Below the pieces are notes generated by a model, which worked only from the letters and a program-made list of their open reading frames with translations, was not told the DNA's origin and searched no databases. Positions 1 through 9,274 of a DNA stretch of 64,000 bases are shown piece by piece. This DNA is from Nitrososphaera sp. (GTDB lineage Archaea > Thermoproteota > EX4484-205 > JAAOZO01): positions 12,948-76,947 of the forward strand of contig JBAMLO010000053.1 in the NCBI GenBank assembly GCA_039793485.1, given 5' to 3'. Within the stretch, counting starts at the first letter, position 1, and each line of letters opens with the position of its first letter. A program made the position numbers and the translations under genes.

Positions 1-180
1 AGAACCGTAGACTTTTAGCTCTCCCGTTCGTCTAATTAATAAAATAGCAGTTCCAATCGGCCTCAGTCCTGTTAAGTAGTACAAGTTACTTTTTTTCCCA
101 ACAATTAAAGCGTCAATTCCTGTTTGTTCAATTAGTTTCACCACTTTACTGTGTCTTTTCTTCAGGATTTCCCTTTCCAT
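1..180 (-). CDS. Xaa-Pro peptidase / M24 family peptidase, N-terminal part (runs off window start)
   Basis: Not in the ORF track. ATG at 180-178 opens a frame to base 1: MEREILKKRHSKVVKLIEQTGIDALIVGKKSNLYYLTG..., matching the creatinase/prolidase N-domain pattern GIDAL(x)nNxYYLTG. Overlaps the scpB 3' end. Confidence 0.75.
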   Translation of the reverse strand, partial: MEREILKKRHSKVVKLIEQTGIDALIVGKKSNLYYLTGLRPIGTAILLIRRTGELKVYGS

Positions 181-694
181 TCTTAAGCTCTTTCTTAATT
201 TTTGCTCTTTTTATGTTTTCTTCTCCCACGAGCGAAGCAAATCTTTCAGTTGTTTTTAAAACAGAAGTTTTCCCTGCTTTTTCAGCCTTCACATAGCCTT
301 GTCTTATTAGTTCCTTTATGTGCTTATAGGCATGTTTACCTCTTATTTCAATAACCTTTGACTTCATAATGGGCTGCTCCATTGCTATCAACGAAAGTGT
401 TTTTAAAGCAGCTCTAGATATATCTAATCCTGGCGCAAATTTTCTCGCTAGTTTTGAATATTCCTTCCTGACTTGCATGACGTAATGATTTTGAAAATAA
501 AAAATCTCAAGCCCACTTTTTCTGTTATCATACTCTTCTTTTAGCTTATCCAAAGCGTTCTTTATTTCTTGCTCATCTATCTTTAAAATTTTTTTCAGCT
601 CTTCAATATTTATTGGTCTTCCAGATGAAAAAAGTATAGCTTCTAAAGTTGGTTTCAGTTTTTCTGGATCGAATCGTTTTCTCTTATGATCCAT
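146..694 (-). CDS. scpB: SMC-Scp complex kite subunit ScpB
   Basis: LEAILFSSGRPI, LSLIAMEQPI, IRG and TTERF motifs of ScpB; directly downstream of scpA. Confidence 0.93.
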   Translation of the reverse strand: MDHKRKRFDPEKLKPTLEAILFSSGRPINIEELKKILKIDEQEIKNALDKLKEEYDNRKSGLEIFYFQNHYVMQVRKEYSKLARKFAPGLDISRAALKTLSLIAMEQPIMKSKVIEIRGKHAYKHIKELIRQGYVKAEKAGKTSVLKTTERFASLVGEENIKRAKIKKELKNGKGNPEEKTQ

Positions 695-1365
695 ACCGAA
701 TCGCCTTCGTACGTAACTTCAAGGTCAGAGTTACTTAATATGAATAGGATGGCAATAAAGTTTCTTATAGTTTCATTCCAGTCTTCATCGTATATTACGT
801 CAGTTATTAAGGCTTTTCGACTATTTGCTAGCATTTCCTCTATTTTTCTCTTTAATATTTCTATTCTATTTTGAATACTTTCTAAGAATTCGTCTTTTGA
901 TATGAGTTCATACTCTATGCCTGCTTCACTTCCTTGCACTATGGTAGGTCTTTCTCTTAACACTTGATTAACAACCTTTATTAGTAAAGAAAAAACTTCA
1001 TTTGAATCGGGAGCGGGGTGCTTTATTCTTATTGGAATTTCTGACATTAAATTTAATAAGTTTCCGCTAACCGCCTCTATGTCGTAGTTCCCATTCTTCT
1101 GATTTTCATCGCTCCTTGGAGGTTCCTCTAACTCAAGTAATTCTTCGGTTTTCCTTCTGTAGATTATCGCTGCTGATAACAATGCTACACCAAACATTTC
1201 AAAGTCTAACTTTCCTTTTTCTCTAATTTCTTTAATAATTCCCTTTATTGCACTAGTAATATCTAAACTCCAAACTTTTACTTTGTTTATTCTTAAAACA
1301 TCAAAGAGTATACTGAAAGCACTACTCAAATAATTTCTGGACGTTTGTTCTTCTCCTGTTTCCAA
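655..1365 (-). CDS. scpA: Kleisin ScpA
   Basis: N-terminal VWSLDIT...LDFEMFGVALLSAAIIYRRKTEELL and C-terminal FIAILFIL winged helix; lies between smc and scpB; TTG start after an AGGAG SD. Confidence 0.88.
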   Translation of the reverse strand: METGEEQTSRNYLSSAFSILFDVLRINKVKVWSLDITSAIKGIIKEIREKGKLDFEMFGVALLSAAIIYRRKTEELLELEEPPRSDENQKNGNYDIEAVSGNLLNLMSEIPIRIKHPAPDSNEVFSLLIKVVNQVLRERPTIVQGSEAGIEYELISKDEFLESIQNRIEILKRKIEEMLANSRKALITDVIYDEDWNETIRNFIAILFILSNSDLEVTYEGDSVWIIRENDSIQKN

Positions 1366-1368
1366 CTA

Positions 1369-4300
1369 CTAACTCCTCCCCTTGCTTATTACTTGTTGTG
1401 CATCTAAGACTCTTGTTCTTCCATTTTTCATAAAGACTCCTATCACTTTATCCGCTTTAGATGCTATTAAGTCTTTAAGGGAAATAACAATGTATTGCGA
1501 ATCCTTTGATCTCAATTGAAGCAACCTTGCATAGTTCTGTACATTTACTGGGTCTAAGTGGGCATCTATTTCATCAAATAAGTAAAATGGTGCTGGCTTT
1601 AGGTGTTGTAATGCAAATATAAAGCATAAAGCTGCTACCGATTTTTCTCCTCCACTACATCCATAAACAGGCCTTGGATACTTGTTTGGAAAATGAACTA
1701 CTATGTTCACTCCACCTTTAAAAGGGTCTTCTTTGTTTTCTATTTCAAGCCAAGCGCTTCCCCCAACCATTAAGTTAAAATATTTATTAAATGCCTCATT
1801 TATAGAATCTAAAGCTTCAAGGAATGCCGCCCTCTTTTTACTCTCTATTTCATTTATGAAATCTATTATGCTCTTTTTTTCTTCTTCAAGCTTATTTAAT
1901 CTCTCGACAACTAAAACATAGTTCTCTGATTGTGCTTTATATTGTGTATCTGCTAGCATATTTACTTCTCCCATCTTTCTATATTCCTCATTAACTAGTG
2001 TTATAGTTTCTTCAGGAACTTCTATTCTTTCTTCAAGTGCCCCTACGTTTATTGCGCTTTCACTAAGCTTGAGCTCTAGCATCTGTATTTCCAAGCTTAT
2101 TTGCTGAAGTGCTCTTTCTTTTTCTTGCGCAATTGAGCTTATCTCTTTGTGCTTAGTTTCTAACTCTTCTATTTCTCCTTTTAGCAGGTTTACTTCTCTT
2201 ATTATATCTTCGTTTCTTACACTTGCATTTTTATCAATTTCTTTCTCTAATTCTAGCTTTTGTTTGTTCATTGCTTCCACTTCTTCTATTATGCTTTTCA
2301 TCTTGTTTGTTATTGTATTTTGAGTCTTTATTTTATCTCTCAATATGTTTTCTCCTTTTAGTATTTCTTCCCTTTTCTTATTTTTTAAATTAAAGATACT
2401 TCTAATGGTTGCTTCTAGGTTGTTTAGACTTCTTGTTATGCTTTCTTTTTCATTCTCCAAGCTTCGAATACTGTTGCTCATGTTTTCGCAAGCTTGTTGT
2501 AATGTCTTTATCTTTGCTTTCAAAATTATTACTTTTTTCTTAACCTGTTCCCTATCCTTCAAAGCTTTTAAGTACTTTCTTCTTAATTCATTTTTTTCTC
2601 TAATTAGTGCTGTAACGTTGTTTGTTGCTTTAAGAATCTCATTTTTTGTCTTCTCTAGCTCTTCTCGCAGTTTTCGCGCTGTTCTTCTTATCTTATTCTC
2701 ATTTTCTAATGTTTGAGTAATTTTTCTTTTAATTTCTTCAATGTCCCTTTTTAATCTTATGATTTTGTTCTCAGTTTCTGTTAGCTCCCTTTCCTCTTTT
2801 GCTACTTCGCTGTTTAACAGCAACGTTTCTTCTTTTTCAAGGTTTTTCAGCTTCTGAGTGTTTTGTAGTAACTCTGTTTCAAGCTTCTTCGGATCTTTCC
2901 TCCTTAATCCAATTTGAGAGAAAATACCTTTTGCAATCTTTACATTTCCACTTACAATTATATCTTCTTTTCTCCCTGTAGAATACTCCACTCTCGTTTT
3001 TCCAATTATCCTTTTAAGACTTTCTTTTAATCCTGGAATCTTAAACTCTATTTTTTCCAGAATACTGTTTTCATCGTTTTGGCTTCCTATGTCTTTGATG
3101 TTCGTTTGTTTTATCAAGCAAATTCCACTTATGCCTAACTGTTCAAGTACTTTACTGATAAGGTATATGTCCTCTTTTTCATCGATTACTATAGCTTCCA
3201 TAAAATCTTCAAGAATAAGATTGACTTCCCTAGAAAGCTCAGCTGGATACGAAATGAGATCTGCAACTATTCCTTTTGAGTTTATGCCTGCCTTTTTAAT
3301 AATTTCTGATAACTTTCTGGCTCTCTCTTCATTCTTCTTTAAAAATATAAGTTCGCCCATTTTTAGACTAATGTTTTTTTCTACTTTTTCTCTTAATTCT
3401 TCTATATCCTTATGAACCTTCCTTAATTCTTCTATTCTCTCAACTTTCATCCTTGCCTGTTTACTCATTTCTCTTAGTTCCGCTAATTTTCTTTCTAGTC
3501 TAATTCTTAACTTAGTCTCCTTTTTTTGCTCCTTTTTTAGTTTTAACTCAAGCATTCTGATGCTTCTTTTTATTACGTTCTTTTTTTCCCTTAAGACTCT
3601 AAGTTGACTTACGCTTACTTTGAGCTCTTCTTCTTTATTTTTAATACCGCTCTTGCTGTTTTCTAATTCTTTGCTTAACTGATTTTCTCTTGTGATGGCA
3701 TTTTCAAGGTAGTTGTTTAATTTTGCTATTTCTTTTTGTTTGATCAAAAGTTCATTTCTGGTCACTCTAAGCTTTTCTTTAACCCTATCATGCTTCTTTT
3801 TCTCCAGTTTTACTTTTTTCTTTAATCTCCTGATTTTTTCTCTTATAATTTGCAATTCTTTTTTCTTTTCTGTTAAGTCTGTTTCGACTTTTTCAATCTC
3901 CTGCCTTATCCTGTTCTCTTGAAGTCTTAACTCATTTACTTCATTACTGCTCTTTAAAATCTTAGAGTCTATTTCTCTCAGCTTTAAAACCATTTCATTT
4001 AGAGTATTATTCCTTTTCTCGCTTATATATCTAGATACAATGTCGTCGTATTGCTTCTTTTTTATCGAATAAACTTCTTCTATCTTCTCTAGTTCTTCGG
4101 CTATTCTTTTTACTTGTTCTTCAACTTCTTTTTTTGCGTTTAGCTTCTTTTCAATTTCTTTTCTTATCATCATCGCTTGAAGTTTTTGCACCATATTTTC
4201 TAAGCTCTTCTTTGCTGCTTTCCTGTTCATCTCTTCTTCAAGTTGTAAAAGTCTGTTTCTTACTTCTTCTAATTTGCTCATGGCTACCCTTAGGTTTACT

Positions 4301-5328
4301 TCAGCTTCCTTCAGCTCTTCTTCAGCTTCGGCCTTTTTCTCATCGTAGCTAGCTAGTCCAATAGACTCTTCTATTATTTTCCTTATTTCTTCTGGAGTTC
4401 TTTCAGACATTCTTGATATTTCTCCTTGCATAACTATATTGTACCCCCTTACGTACAATCCTGCCATACTTAGTAGGTTCTGCACTGCAACCTTTGTAGC
4501 TCTCTTTCTATTTACGTAATATACTGATTCCCCATTTTTATCTAAGTACCTACTGATTACAACTTCTTTTTCATCCAATGGAATTTTTTTATCGGAGTTG
4601 TCTAAGTATATTCGTCCATAAACTTTTGTATCCTTTTCCCTAATACTGTCTGAAAATAAATTCGCCATCTTGTCTACTCTTAGTAGTCTTGCGTTATTTT
4701 CTCCAAGAACAAACTTTATAGCATCTATTAAGTTACTATTATGCACAACTATTCCATATTCCCCTATCAAGTAATTGTGTTGCCGAGATAGATAAATATC
4801 GTATACGTCTCCTATGTACTTTATTGTCTTTATTTCGCAAATTTTTTCCCAATCTGTTTTTAATTCCCCAAAACTAAGCATTCTTATTCCTAAGTTTAAA
4901 TCCTTTGCATTTTTCCATCCTTGCTCGCTTAAAACTTTATGTTCTGGAGTAACTCTGATCTTACTTCCGTTCTCTCCAATTATCTCAAGTATCGTTCCAT
5001 TGTACTTCTTTTTCATTATTGCTAATGGCTTACTAAAAATAAGTTTGTGCTGCCTTTCTTCTAAAGAAGGCAACGCTGGTAATTCTAAGGAAATTAGGTA
5101 TTCTGCTTCGTCAGTTGTTAAAAGAATGTTCTTTTTTTCTTCATAAATTTTTTCAAAAAATCTTTTTACTTCGACTTCTTCTCCAAGCAGAAAAATTTTT
5201 TGCTCTCCTGCTATACACTTCCCGGAGCCGTTAGGTCCCGTTATAACATTTAGTCCCTTATCAAAGCTAACCACAACTTTATCAGAAAACGACTTAAACC
5301 CCTTTATCTCTATTTTTTTCAGGTACAT
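1369..5328 (-). CDS. smc: Chromosome segregation protein Smc (condensin), intein-containing precursor
   Basis: FKSF, Walker A GPNGSGK/S (split by an intein), Q-loop VMQG, long coiled coils with a central hinge (GIVADLI), signature SGGEKS, Walker B LFDEIDAHLD; about 1159 aa after intein removal. Confidence 0.97.
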   Translation of the reverse strand: MYLKKIEIKGFKSFSDKVVVSFDKGLNVITGPNGSGKCIAGEQKIFLLGEEVEVKRFFEKIYEEKKNILLTTDEAEYLISLELPALPSLEERQHKLIFSKPLAIMKKKYNGTILEIIGENGSKIRVTPEHKVLSEQGWKNAKDLNLGIRMLSFGELKTDWEKICEIKTIKYIGDVYDIYLSRQHNYLIGEYGIVVHNSNLIDAIKFVLGENNARLLRVDKMANLFSDSIREKDTKVYGRIYLDNSDKKIPLDEKEVVISRYLDKNGESVYYVNRKRATKVAVQNLLSMAGLYVRGYNIVMQGEISRMSERTPEEIRKIIEESIGLASYDEKKAEAEEELKEAEVNLRVAMSKLEEVRNRLLQLEEEMNRKAAKKSLENMVQKLQAMMIRKEIEKKLNAKKEVEEQVKRIAEELEKIEEVYSIKKKQYDDIVSRYISEKRNNTLNEMVLKLREIDSKILKSSNEVNELRLQENRIRQEIEKVETDLTEKKKELQIIREKIRRLKKKVKLEKKKHDRVKEKLRVTRNELLIKQKEIAKLNNYLENAITRENQLSKELENSKSGIKNKEEELKVSVSQLRVLREKKNVIKRSIRMLELKLKKEQKKETKLRIRLERKLAELREMSKQARMKVERIEELRKVHKDIEELREKVEKNISLKMGELIFLKKNEERARKLSEIIKKAGINSKGIVADLISYPAELSREVNLILEDFMEAIVIDEKEDIYLISKVLEQLGISGICLIKQTNIKDIGSQNDENSILEKIEFKIPGLKESLKRIIGKTRVEYSTGRKEDIIVSGNVKIAKGIFSQIGLRRKDPKKLETELLQNTQKLKNLEKEETLLLNSEVAKEERELTETENKIIRLKRDIEEIKRKITQTLENENKIRRTARKLREELEKTKNEILKATNNVTALIREKNELRRKYLKALKDREQVKKKVIILKAKIKTLQQACENMSNSIRSLENEKESITRSLNNLEATIRSIFNLKNKKREEILKGENILRDKIKTQNTITNKMKSIIEEVEAMNKQKLELEKEIDKNASVRNEDIIREVNLLKGEIEELETKHKEISSIAQEKERALQQISLEIQMLELKLSESAINVGALEERIEVPEETITLVNEEYRKMGEVNMLADTQYKAQSENYVLVVERLNKLEEEKKSIIDFINEIESKKRAAFLEALDSINEAFNKYFNLMVGGSAWLEIENKEDPFKGGVNIVVHFPNKYPRPVYGCSGGEKSVAALCFIFALQHLKPAPFYLFDEIDAHLDPVNVQNYARLLQLRSKDSQYIVISLKDLIASKADKVIGVFMKNGRTRVLDAQQVISKGRS
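4738..5217 (-). mobile_element. Mini-intein (160 aa, no homing endonuclease) in the Smc Walker A motif
   Basis: Starts CIAGEQ directly after GSGK; block B TPEH; block F VYDI; ends VVHN followed by Ser(+1). Removal restores GSGKSNLIDAIKFVLG. Confidence 0.95.
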
Positions 5329-5334
5329 TTAAGC

Positions 5335-6162
5335 TTAAATTTTTGATAGATAACTTTTTACTTTATTTACCATTTCTTTTGTGTTTTCTAACTCATCACC
5401 TTTTTTCTCATTTTCTATGGATAAAACTCCATTGTAGTTTACTTTCTTTAGTTCATTGAGGAATTCTACAAAGTCTGTATCTCCTTCTCCAGGTCCCACA
5501 CAAGTATACCTCTTTCCGTTTGTACTTAAAAATTCTGCTTCTTCTCCACCACTCTTAAAGTCTTTTAAATGCACATGATATATATACTTTCCAACGATCT
5601 TTACTGCGTCAACTGCATTATCTCCTGATAACAAGAAGTTTCCCATATCAAAATTTAATCCAAGCGCTTTCGAACCTACAGCTGTAACTATATATGCTAG
5701 TTGCTTTCCAGTTCCATAAAGCTCACCGTGGTTTTCGAGTGCAAGCTTGACTCCATGTTCATGCGCATAATCAGCTCCTTCTTTCAATCCCTCAATTATC
5801 ATTTTTATAGCATCTTCTCTCTTTATACCTTCCTTTGGCTCTCCTCCAAATACTCTAACAACTGGTGCATCCAATTTTAAAGCAACATTTACGCCTTCCT
5901 TTATCTTAGCTATTTGTTCTCTTCTTTTTTCATAACTGCTTTGAACTAAGTCGTTATCTATGTCATAAGCAGAAATTTTCAGGCCGTTCTCATCTGATAT
6001 TTTTTTAGCTAAATCAATTTCGTCGTTACTTTTCCAAAATACATTTAAAAGCTCAATGTAGCTTACGTTTAGTTGCTTAGCCAACCTAATAAAGGAAGCT
6101 ACGTCCAGTTTTCCTGAGTAAGCTGACCTGTGAAAACTCCACATACTTACTCCAACTTTCAT
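5335..6162 (-). CDS. Sugar phosphate isomerase/epimerase (xylose isomerase-like TIM barrel)
   Basis: Metal ligands in LENH, NFDMGN, HVHLKD and LSIE motifs; G-D-T-D-F near the C-terminus. Confidence 0.85.
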   Translation of the reverse strand: MKVGVSMWSFHRSAYSGKLDVASFIRLAKQLNVSYIELLNVFWKSNDEIDLAKKISDENGLKISAYDIDNDLVQSSYEKRREQIAKIKEGVNVALKLDAPVVRVFGGEPKEGIKREDAIKMIIEGLKEGADYAHEHGVKLALENHGELYGTGKQLAYIVTAVGSKALGLNFDMGNFLLSGDNAVDAVKIVGKYIYHVHLKDFKSGGEEAEFLSTNGKRYTCVGPGEGDTDFVEFLNELKKVNYNGVLSIENEKKGDELENTKEMVNKVKSYLSKI

Positions 6163-6234
6163 TTTCTTGTAGCAAATAACCTACTTTGGATAAATATAAA
6201 AGTCTATTGCTTTAGCTTGTTTCGTTGTACCAGT

Positions 6235-6248
6235 AACTTTTATTTATA
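6235..6248 (+). promoter_or_regulatory. Candidate TATA box for the rps8e-srp19-gar1-tfb cluster
   Basis: AACTTTTATTTATA about 28 nt upstream of the rps8e ATG. Confidence 0.45.
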
Positions 6249-6275
6249 CGTTAGAACTAACTAGGCGCATAGGTA

Positions 6276-6674
6276 ATGACCCTATACCATTGGGATTTAA
6301 GGAAAAGAAAAAGGACAGGTGGAAAGAAAGTACCATATAGAGGAAAAAGAGCATACGAAATGGGAAGGAATCCTATAGAAACTAAAATAGTAAAAGAAAA
6401 AGACATTGTAGAAGTTGTTCGAGTTCGTGGAGGAGGAGTAAAATTAAAGCTAAAAGCAACAGGTTTTGTTAACGTATCAACTAAGGATGGGCGGACTCAA
6501 AGAACTGAAATACAGGGCCTCGTGTCCAACCCTTCAAACATGCTTTATGCTAGACGCGGTATAATAACAAAAGGTGCAATAGTAAAGACGCCTTTAGGAA
6601 ATGTTAAAATAACTTCTAAGCCCTCGATCTCTGGCACTTTAAATGGAGTTTTGATTTCTTCTCAGGGAGCATGA
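6276..6674 (+). CDS. rps8e: 30S ribosomal protein S8e
   Basis: RKRTGGKK, RKRAYEMGR-like motif, RVRGG, IITKGAIV and G-x-LNG motifs. Confidence 0.97.
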   Translation: MTLYHWDLRKRKRTGGKKVPYRGKRAYEMGRNPIETKIVKEKDIVEVVRVRGGGVKLKLKATGFVNVSTKDGRTQRTEIQGLVSNPSNMLYARRGIITKGAIVKTPLGNVKITSKPSISGTLNGVLISSQGA

Positions 6675-6976
6675 AAAGAATTTCAAAGGAAAGGTACTTT
6701 ATTCTTTACCCACATTACTTTGATAGAAAGATACCAAGAAGCTTGGGTAGAAGAATACCCTACAACCTAGCAACTGATTTCCCAAGCAAAGACCAGATTG
6801 TTTCTGTTCTAAGAAGTCTAAATTTAAAGTTTGAAATTCAAGACAATATAGCTTATCCCAGAATGCCTACTAAGAAAAGTTTTAGAGTCATCGTATTTAC
6901 ACCAGGAAAGAAGCAGTCAACAATAAAGTTAATAGCTAGTAAGTTAAAAGAATTTTCTAGAGGCAATAAAACATAA
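6671..6976 (+). CDS. srp19: Signal recognition particle protein Srp19
   Basis: ILYPHYFD...RSLGRRIP and YPR motifs; ATGA overlap with rps8e. Confidence 0.92.
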   Translation: MKRISKERYFILYPHYFDRKIPRSLGRRIPYNLATDFPSKDQIVSVLRSLNLKFEIQDNIAYPRMPTKKSFRVIVFTPGKKQSTIKLIASKLKEFSRGNKT

Positions 6977-7006
6977 ATATTCCTTCTTACCAATAAGCTA
7001 GATTTT

Positions 7007-7267
7007 GTGGTAAAAGGTTTGAGCTTTTCTCATGTTGTTAAGGTGGGTGTAGTCAGAAAAAAGTTAAGTGGAAATAAGATACTTGTAGCTATGGAAAAAG
7101 AATTAAGTTTAAACGAAAAAGTCTATGATTCCAGCGGAAAACCAATTGGCATTGTAAAGGACATAATAGGGAAAGTGAATTCGCCTTTAGCTGTGGTTCT
7201 TTTGCTGGTTCCTCCAGACCAGGTGGCACTAGAAGCTACCGTGTTCAGAAAAAGGGACAAGAAATGA
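7007..7267 (+). CDS. gar1: H/ACA RNP protein Gar1/Naf1
   Basis: VYDSSGKPIGIVKDIIGKVNSPLAVV resembles the Gar1 core; conserved position upstream of tfb. Confidence 0.8.
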   Translation: MVKGLSFSHVVKVGVVRKKLSGNKILVAMEKELSLNEKVYDSSGKPIGIVKDIIGKVNSPLAVVLLLVPPDQVALEATVFRKRDKK

Positions 7268-8166
7268 GCTCAGAACATTTTTCCTGTCCACAGTGTGGCT
7301 CAAGCGAAATCGCATTTATCGAAGCTACTGGAGAATATGTTTGTAAGCGATGTGGTTATGTGGTGTACCAGGCTAACCTTGATAGGTCTCGAGAGTGGCG
7401 TGCCTTCAACGAAGAGGAGGCAGAAGAATTAAACAGGTCTGGGCCCCCTCATTCTTTAGACAATGATTTTTCCACAAAAATAGGTATTACAAAATCAAAA
7501 GAAGGAAATAAAATGGACCCCTCTAAGTATCTAAGGCTTTCTAAGTGGCAAAATAGAATTTCTAACCCATATTCTGCCTCAGTTTTAAAAAAGGCAATAA
7601 ATTTCATTTCAAACGTAAACAGTAGACTAAACTGTCCTAAACCAATAGTTGAGAAAACGATCGAACTTTACAAGTATGCGCATAAAAATAAACTAATAAA
7701 GGGGCGCCAGTTTGAAGTTGAAGTTTTGGCTTCCTTTTATTTAACTTGTAAAATGATGAACCAGCCAAGAAGTCTAGACGAAATTTCCAGTGCCTCTGGA
7801 GTTAGAAAGTCAGAGTTAGCAAGAGCTTACAGAGAATTAAGCTGGAAACTTGGTGTTAAGCCTAAAGTAACAGATGAAATGGAGCTTTTTCTACTTAGGT
7901 TAATGAACAAACTAAAGTTATCTGGAGAAACTGAGAAACTAGCTGTATCATACCTTAAGCTGGCTAAAGAAAACAAGCTTACCTCAGGTAGGTCTCCAAT
8001 AAGCCTCGCAGCCGCTTGTATTTACCTAGCCTCTTTAAACTCAGGCCTTTCTATTACTCAAAAAGAGGTCGCACGAGTTTCTGGAATCACAGAAGTTACG
8101 TTAAGGAATAGGTGTAAAGAACTTGTTGAGGTGGCGAAGCGAAGAGGCTTATTTTTGCATTTTTAG
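7264..8166 (+). CDS. tfb: Transcription initiation factor IIB
   Basis: Zn ribbon CPQC...CKRC, B-reader EWRAF, two cyclin repeats, ITEVTLRNR HTH. Confidence 0.96.
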   Translation: MSSEHFSCPQCGSSEIAFIEATGEYVCKRCGYVVYQANLDRSREWRAFNEEEAEELNRSGPPHSLDNDFSTKIGITKSKEGNKMDPSKYLRLSKWQNRISNPYSASVLKKAINFISNVNSRLNCPKPIVEKTIELYKYAHKNKLIKGRQFEVEVLASFYLTCKMMNQPRSLDEISSASGVRKSELARAYRELSWKLGVKPKVTDEMELFLLRLMNKLKLSGETEKLAVSYLKLAKENKLTSGRSPISLAAACIYLASLNSGLSITQKEVARVSGITEVTLRNRCKELVEVAKRRGLFLHF

Positions 8167-8245
8167 CTGCACTCTAATACTTTAAATTATAAACTAAGTA
8201 CAAGAGAAGAATAACATTAATAAACTGTTCGTTTAAAAGGAAAGA

Positions 8246-8629
8246 ATGACTTTGGCTTCAAGAGCAACTTCTAGGTTTATAACAAAAAGAAGCACACTAG
8301 AAAGGAGTGCTCTCGACATAGTTATGAGGGCTGGAGACAACGGAATCTTGCAAACGGAACTCTGGAAGAAAATTGGCGTTAGTAGTAGAGAAGGGTCAAG
8401 AATATGCGTGAGGCTAGAAAAATGGGGATTAATTAGAAGAGAGAAGTTTTTGCATGAGGGAAGATGGACTTATAAAATATTTTCAACAAAACCCCCGATA
8501 AAATTAGATTCCATAATTGGTGCTCCTTGCCTAACATGCCAATACTACTCAAAATGTGCTCCTGGAAACGAGATCTCTCCTGAAAAATGTACTTGGCTTG
8601 AGGAATGGGTGTTAACTTCTGAGGTATAA
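8246..8629 (+). CDS. tfeB: Transcription factor E beta subunit (Rpc34-like; winged helix plus 4Fe-4S domain)
   Basis: wHTH (GILQTELWKKIG...LEKWGLI) followed by PCLTCQYYSKC...SPEKC-x-WL with four Cys; next to tfb/gar1, the known context of TFE-beta. Confidence 0.85.
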   Translation: MTLASRATSRFITKRSTLERSALDIVMRAGDNGILQTELWKKIGVSSREGSRICVRLEKWGLIRREKFLHEGRWTYKIFSTKPPIKLDSIIGAPCLTCQYYSKCAPGNEISPEKCTWLEEWVLTSEV

Positions 8630-8635
8630 GTTAAC

Positions 8636-9274
8636 TTGGCCAAATCAAAAAGGAGATGGCTATTAGAAAGAAAAAAGGATGTTTTCTTTAGACGAGCAAA
8701 GGAGTTAGGGTACGAGAGCAGAGCTATATTTAAACTTAAATATATCGATAGCATGTTCAATATTCTTAAGGAGGGTAATACTGTTATAGAACTTGGATGC
8801 AGTCCTGGTGGGTGGAGTCTCTATATATTAGAAAAAATCGGAGAATCTGGTAAGTTGTATGCAATTGATAAAGTTCCACTATCAATTGAACATAAGTATC
8901 CACAGATTGAATTTATACAAACTGACGTCTTGCAAAGTGATTTTTTGGATATGCTTTCAAAGAAAATGGGCTTAGATTCAGTAGACGTTATTCTTTCAGA
9001 TCTAGCACCAAATATGACTGGAAAATACGAATTGGACTACTACAGGCAGATCGCTCTAGTAAAAGTTTCACTAGCAACAATAGAAAAGTTTCTGAAACGT
9101 GGGGGCTCAGCCGTGGTAAAAGTTTTTGAGGGTCCGGAATCTCAAAATTTGAGGAAGTTTTTCTTATCAAAATTTAAATTTGTTCATAGCGTAAAACCTC
9201 CTGCTTCCAGGAAGCATAGTTCTGAATTCTACTTGGTTGGACTAAGATACTTTGGTGGAGCCTACTTAACTTAG
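8636..9274 (+). CDS. rlmE: 23S rRNA 2'-O-methyltransferase RlmE/FtsJ family
   Basis: YESRAIFKL, ELGCSPGGW, SDLAPN, VVKVF, VKPPASR...SSEFY (K-D-K-E tetrad). Confidence 0.93.
   Translation: MAKSKRRWLLERKKDVFFRRAKELGYESRAIFKLKYIDSMFNILKEGNTVIELGCSPGGWSLYILEKIGESGKLYAIDKVPLSIEHKYPQIEFIQTDVLQSDFLDMLSKKMGLDSVDVILSDLAPNMTGKYELDYYRQIALVKVSLATIEKFLKRGGSAVVKVFEGPESQNLRKFFLSKFKFVHSVKPPASRKHSSEFYLVGLRYFGGAYLT

Noticed and set aside
1703-5146. Numerous plus-strand ORFs rich in F/L/S antisense to smc (and similar shadows over other genes)
   Set aside because: They are mirror frames of K/E-rich coding sequence on the opposite strand and carry no motifs.
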